Origin: Phoronis australis
Lineage: Eukaryota; Animalia; Phoronida
DNA: 64,000 bases
Direction: 5' to 3'
Assembly (NCBI GenBank): GCA_002633005.1
Contig: NMRA01000267.1
Coordinates: 242,286-306,285, forward strand
A program made the translations under genes and the position numbers. Positions 63,475 to 64,000 of this stretch are shown here, piece by piece (positions within the stretch are counted from its first letter, which is position 1; every line of letters begins with the position of its first letter). A model generated the notes under the pieces. The model was not told the DNA's origin, made no database searches, and saw only the letters and a list, made by a program, of their open reading frames with translations.

Positions 63475-64000
63475 TGCCGCCATCATTGTGTCATGGACCG
63501 TGGCGACATCTAGCGGATGTGTGTGCGCTGACGAAGTACGCGTGGCGTCAACTACCATGGCCGATTTTAGTTTGTCAAATTCAAAATTGTGAAGCGTCTT
63601 TGTTTAAAATATTGAGCAGTGTAATGGAAAAATACGCGTAGGCAAAATATAAAGTTAATCAAGAAAAAAATTGGGCAGAAAAGATGATATAAATTACGAG
63701 ATATGCATCAACAGTAAGAAGGTAACTCAGCAATCAGGGGTTAGCAGGTGAAAGTTGGTAATCGGAGGGTGGAAAGATAAAGAACCTGGAGGATTTTGAC
63801 CAGGGGTAGGCTCGGGGAGATAATAAACATAAGATAGATCTGCTGAAGATGAGGTAGGAGCAAAAACGGGGAGTGGGGCTCCCCTCAATCAAAAAGTTTG
63901 TGGGGGGAGATAGCTTCCTGGCTCCAATATTCCAGGTGTTAATATTACTTAATTAACAATTAATTATTATAAGTTTCAACACACAAACTATGTTTTAAAA
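63475..64000. repeat. Interspersed repeat, copy 2 (runs off the window end)
   Basis: Colinear with 26530-26965, with an extra ~80-bp segment. Confidence 0.85.

Overview
AT-rich eukaryotic genomic DNA, most likely from an invertebrate animal (spliceosomal GT-AG introns, intronless class A GPCR, metazoan TE families); the species cannot be determined from the sequence. Two host genes are well supported. (1) A 9-exon PLP-dependent D-cysteine desulfhydrase/ACC-deaminase-family gene on + (CDS 1237-24477, 1116 nt, 371 aa by manual splicing, all phases consistent) with a 16.6-kb first intron. (2) An intronless 316-aa rhodopsin-type GPCR (42816-43766). Most of the rest is decayed and often nested transposable elements: Academ, ISL2EU (THAP + SAP/YqaJ), P/THAP9, Kolobok-type TTAA elements, RTE, L1/Tx1, CR1/L2 with a degenerate 2A motif, an RNase H LINE fragment and several MITEs. 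The most unusual signal is a set of non-coding elements with a long hairpin at one end whose right arm plus flank is complementary to the element's own end-to-end junction (tyrosine-recombinase Crypton/DIRS-like logic). One such family also carries an internal tRNA-like Pol III module. A possible nested antisense exon with in-frame YP(F/L)G repeats sits in intron 1. Everything was read by eye: exon coordinates were checked base by base, while TE boundaries and family names are approximate and need database confirmation.
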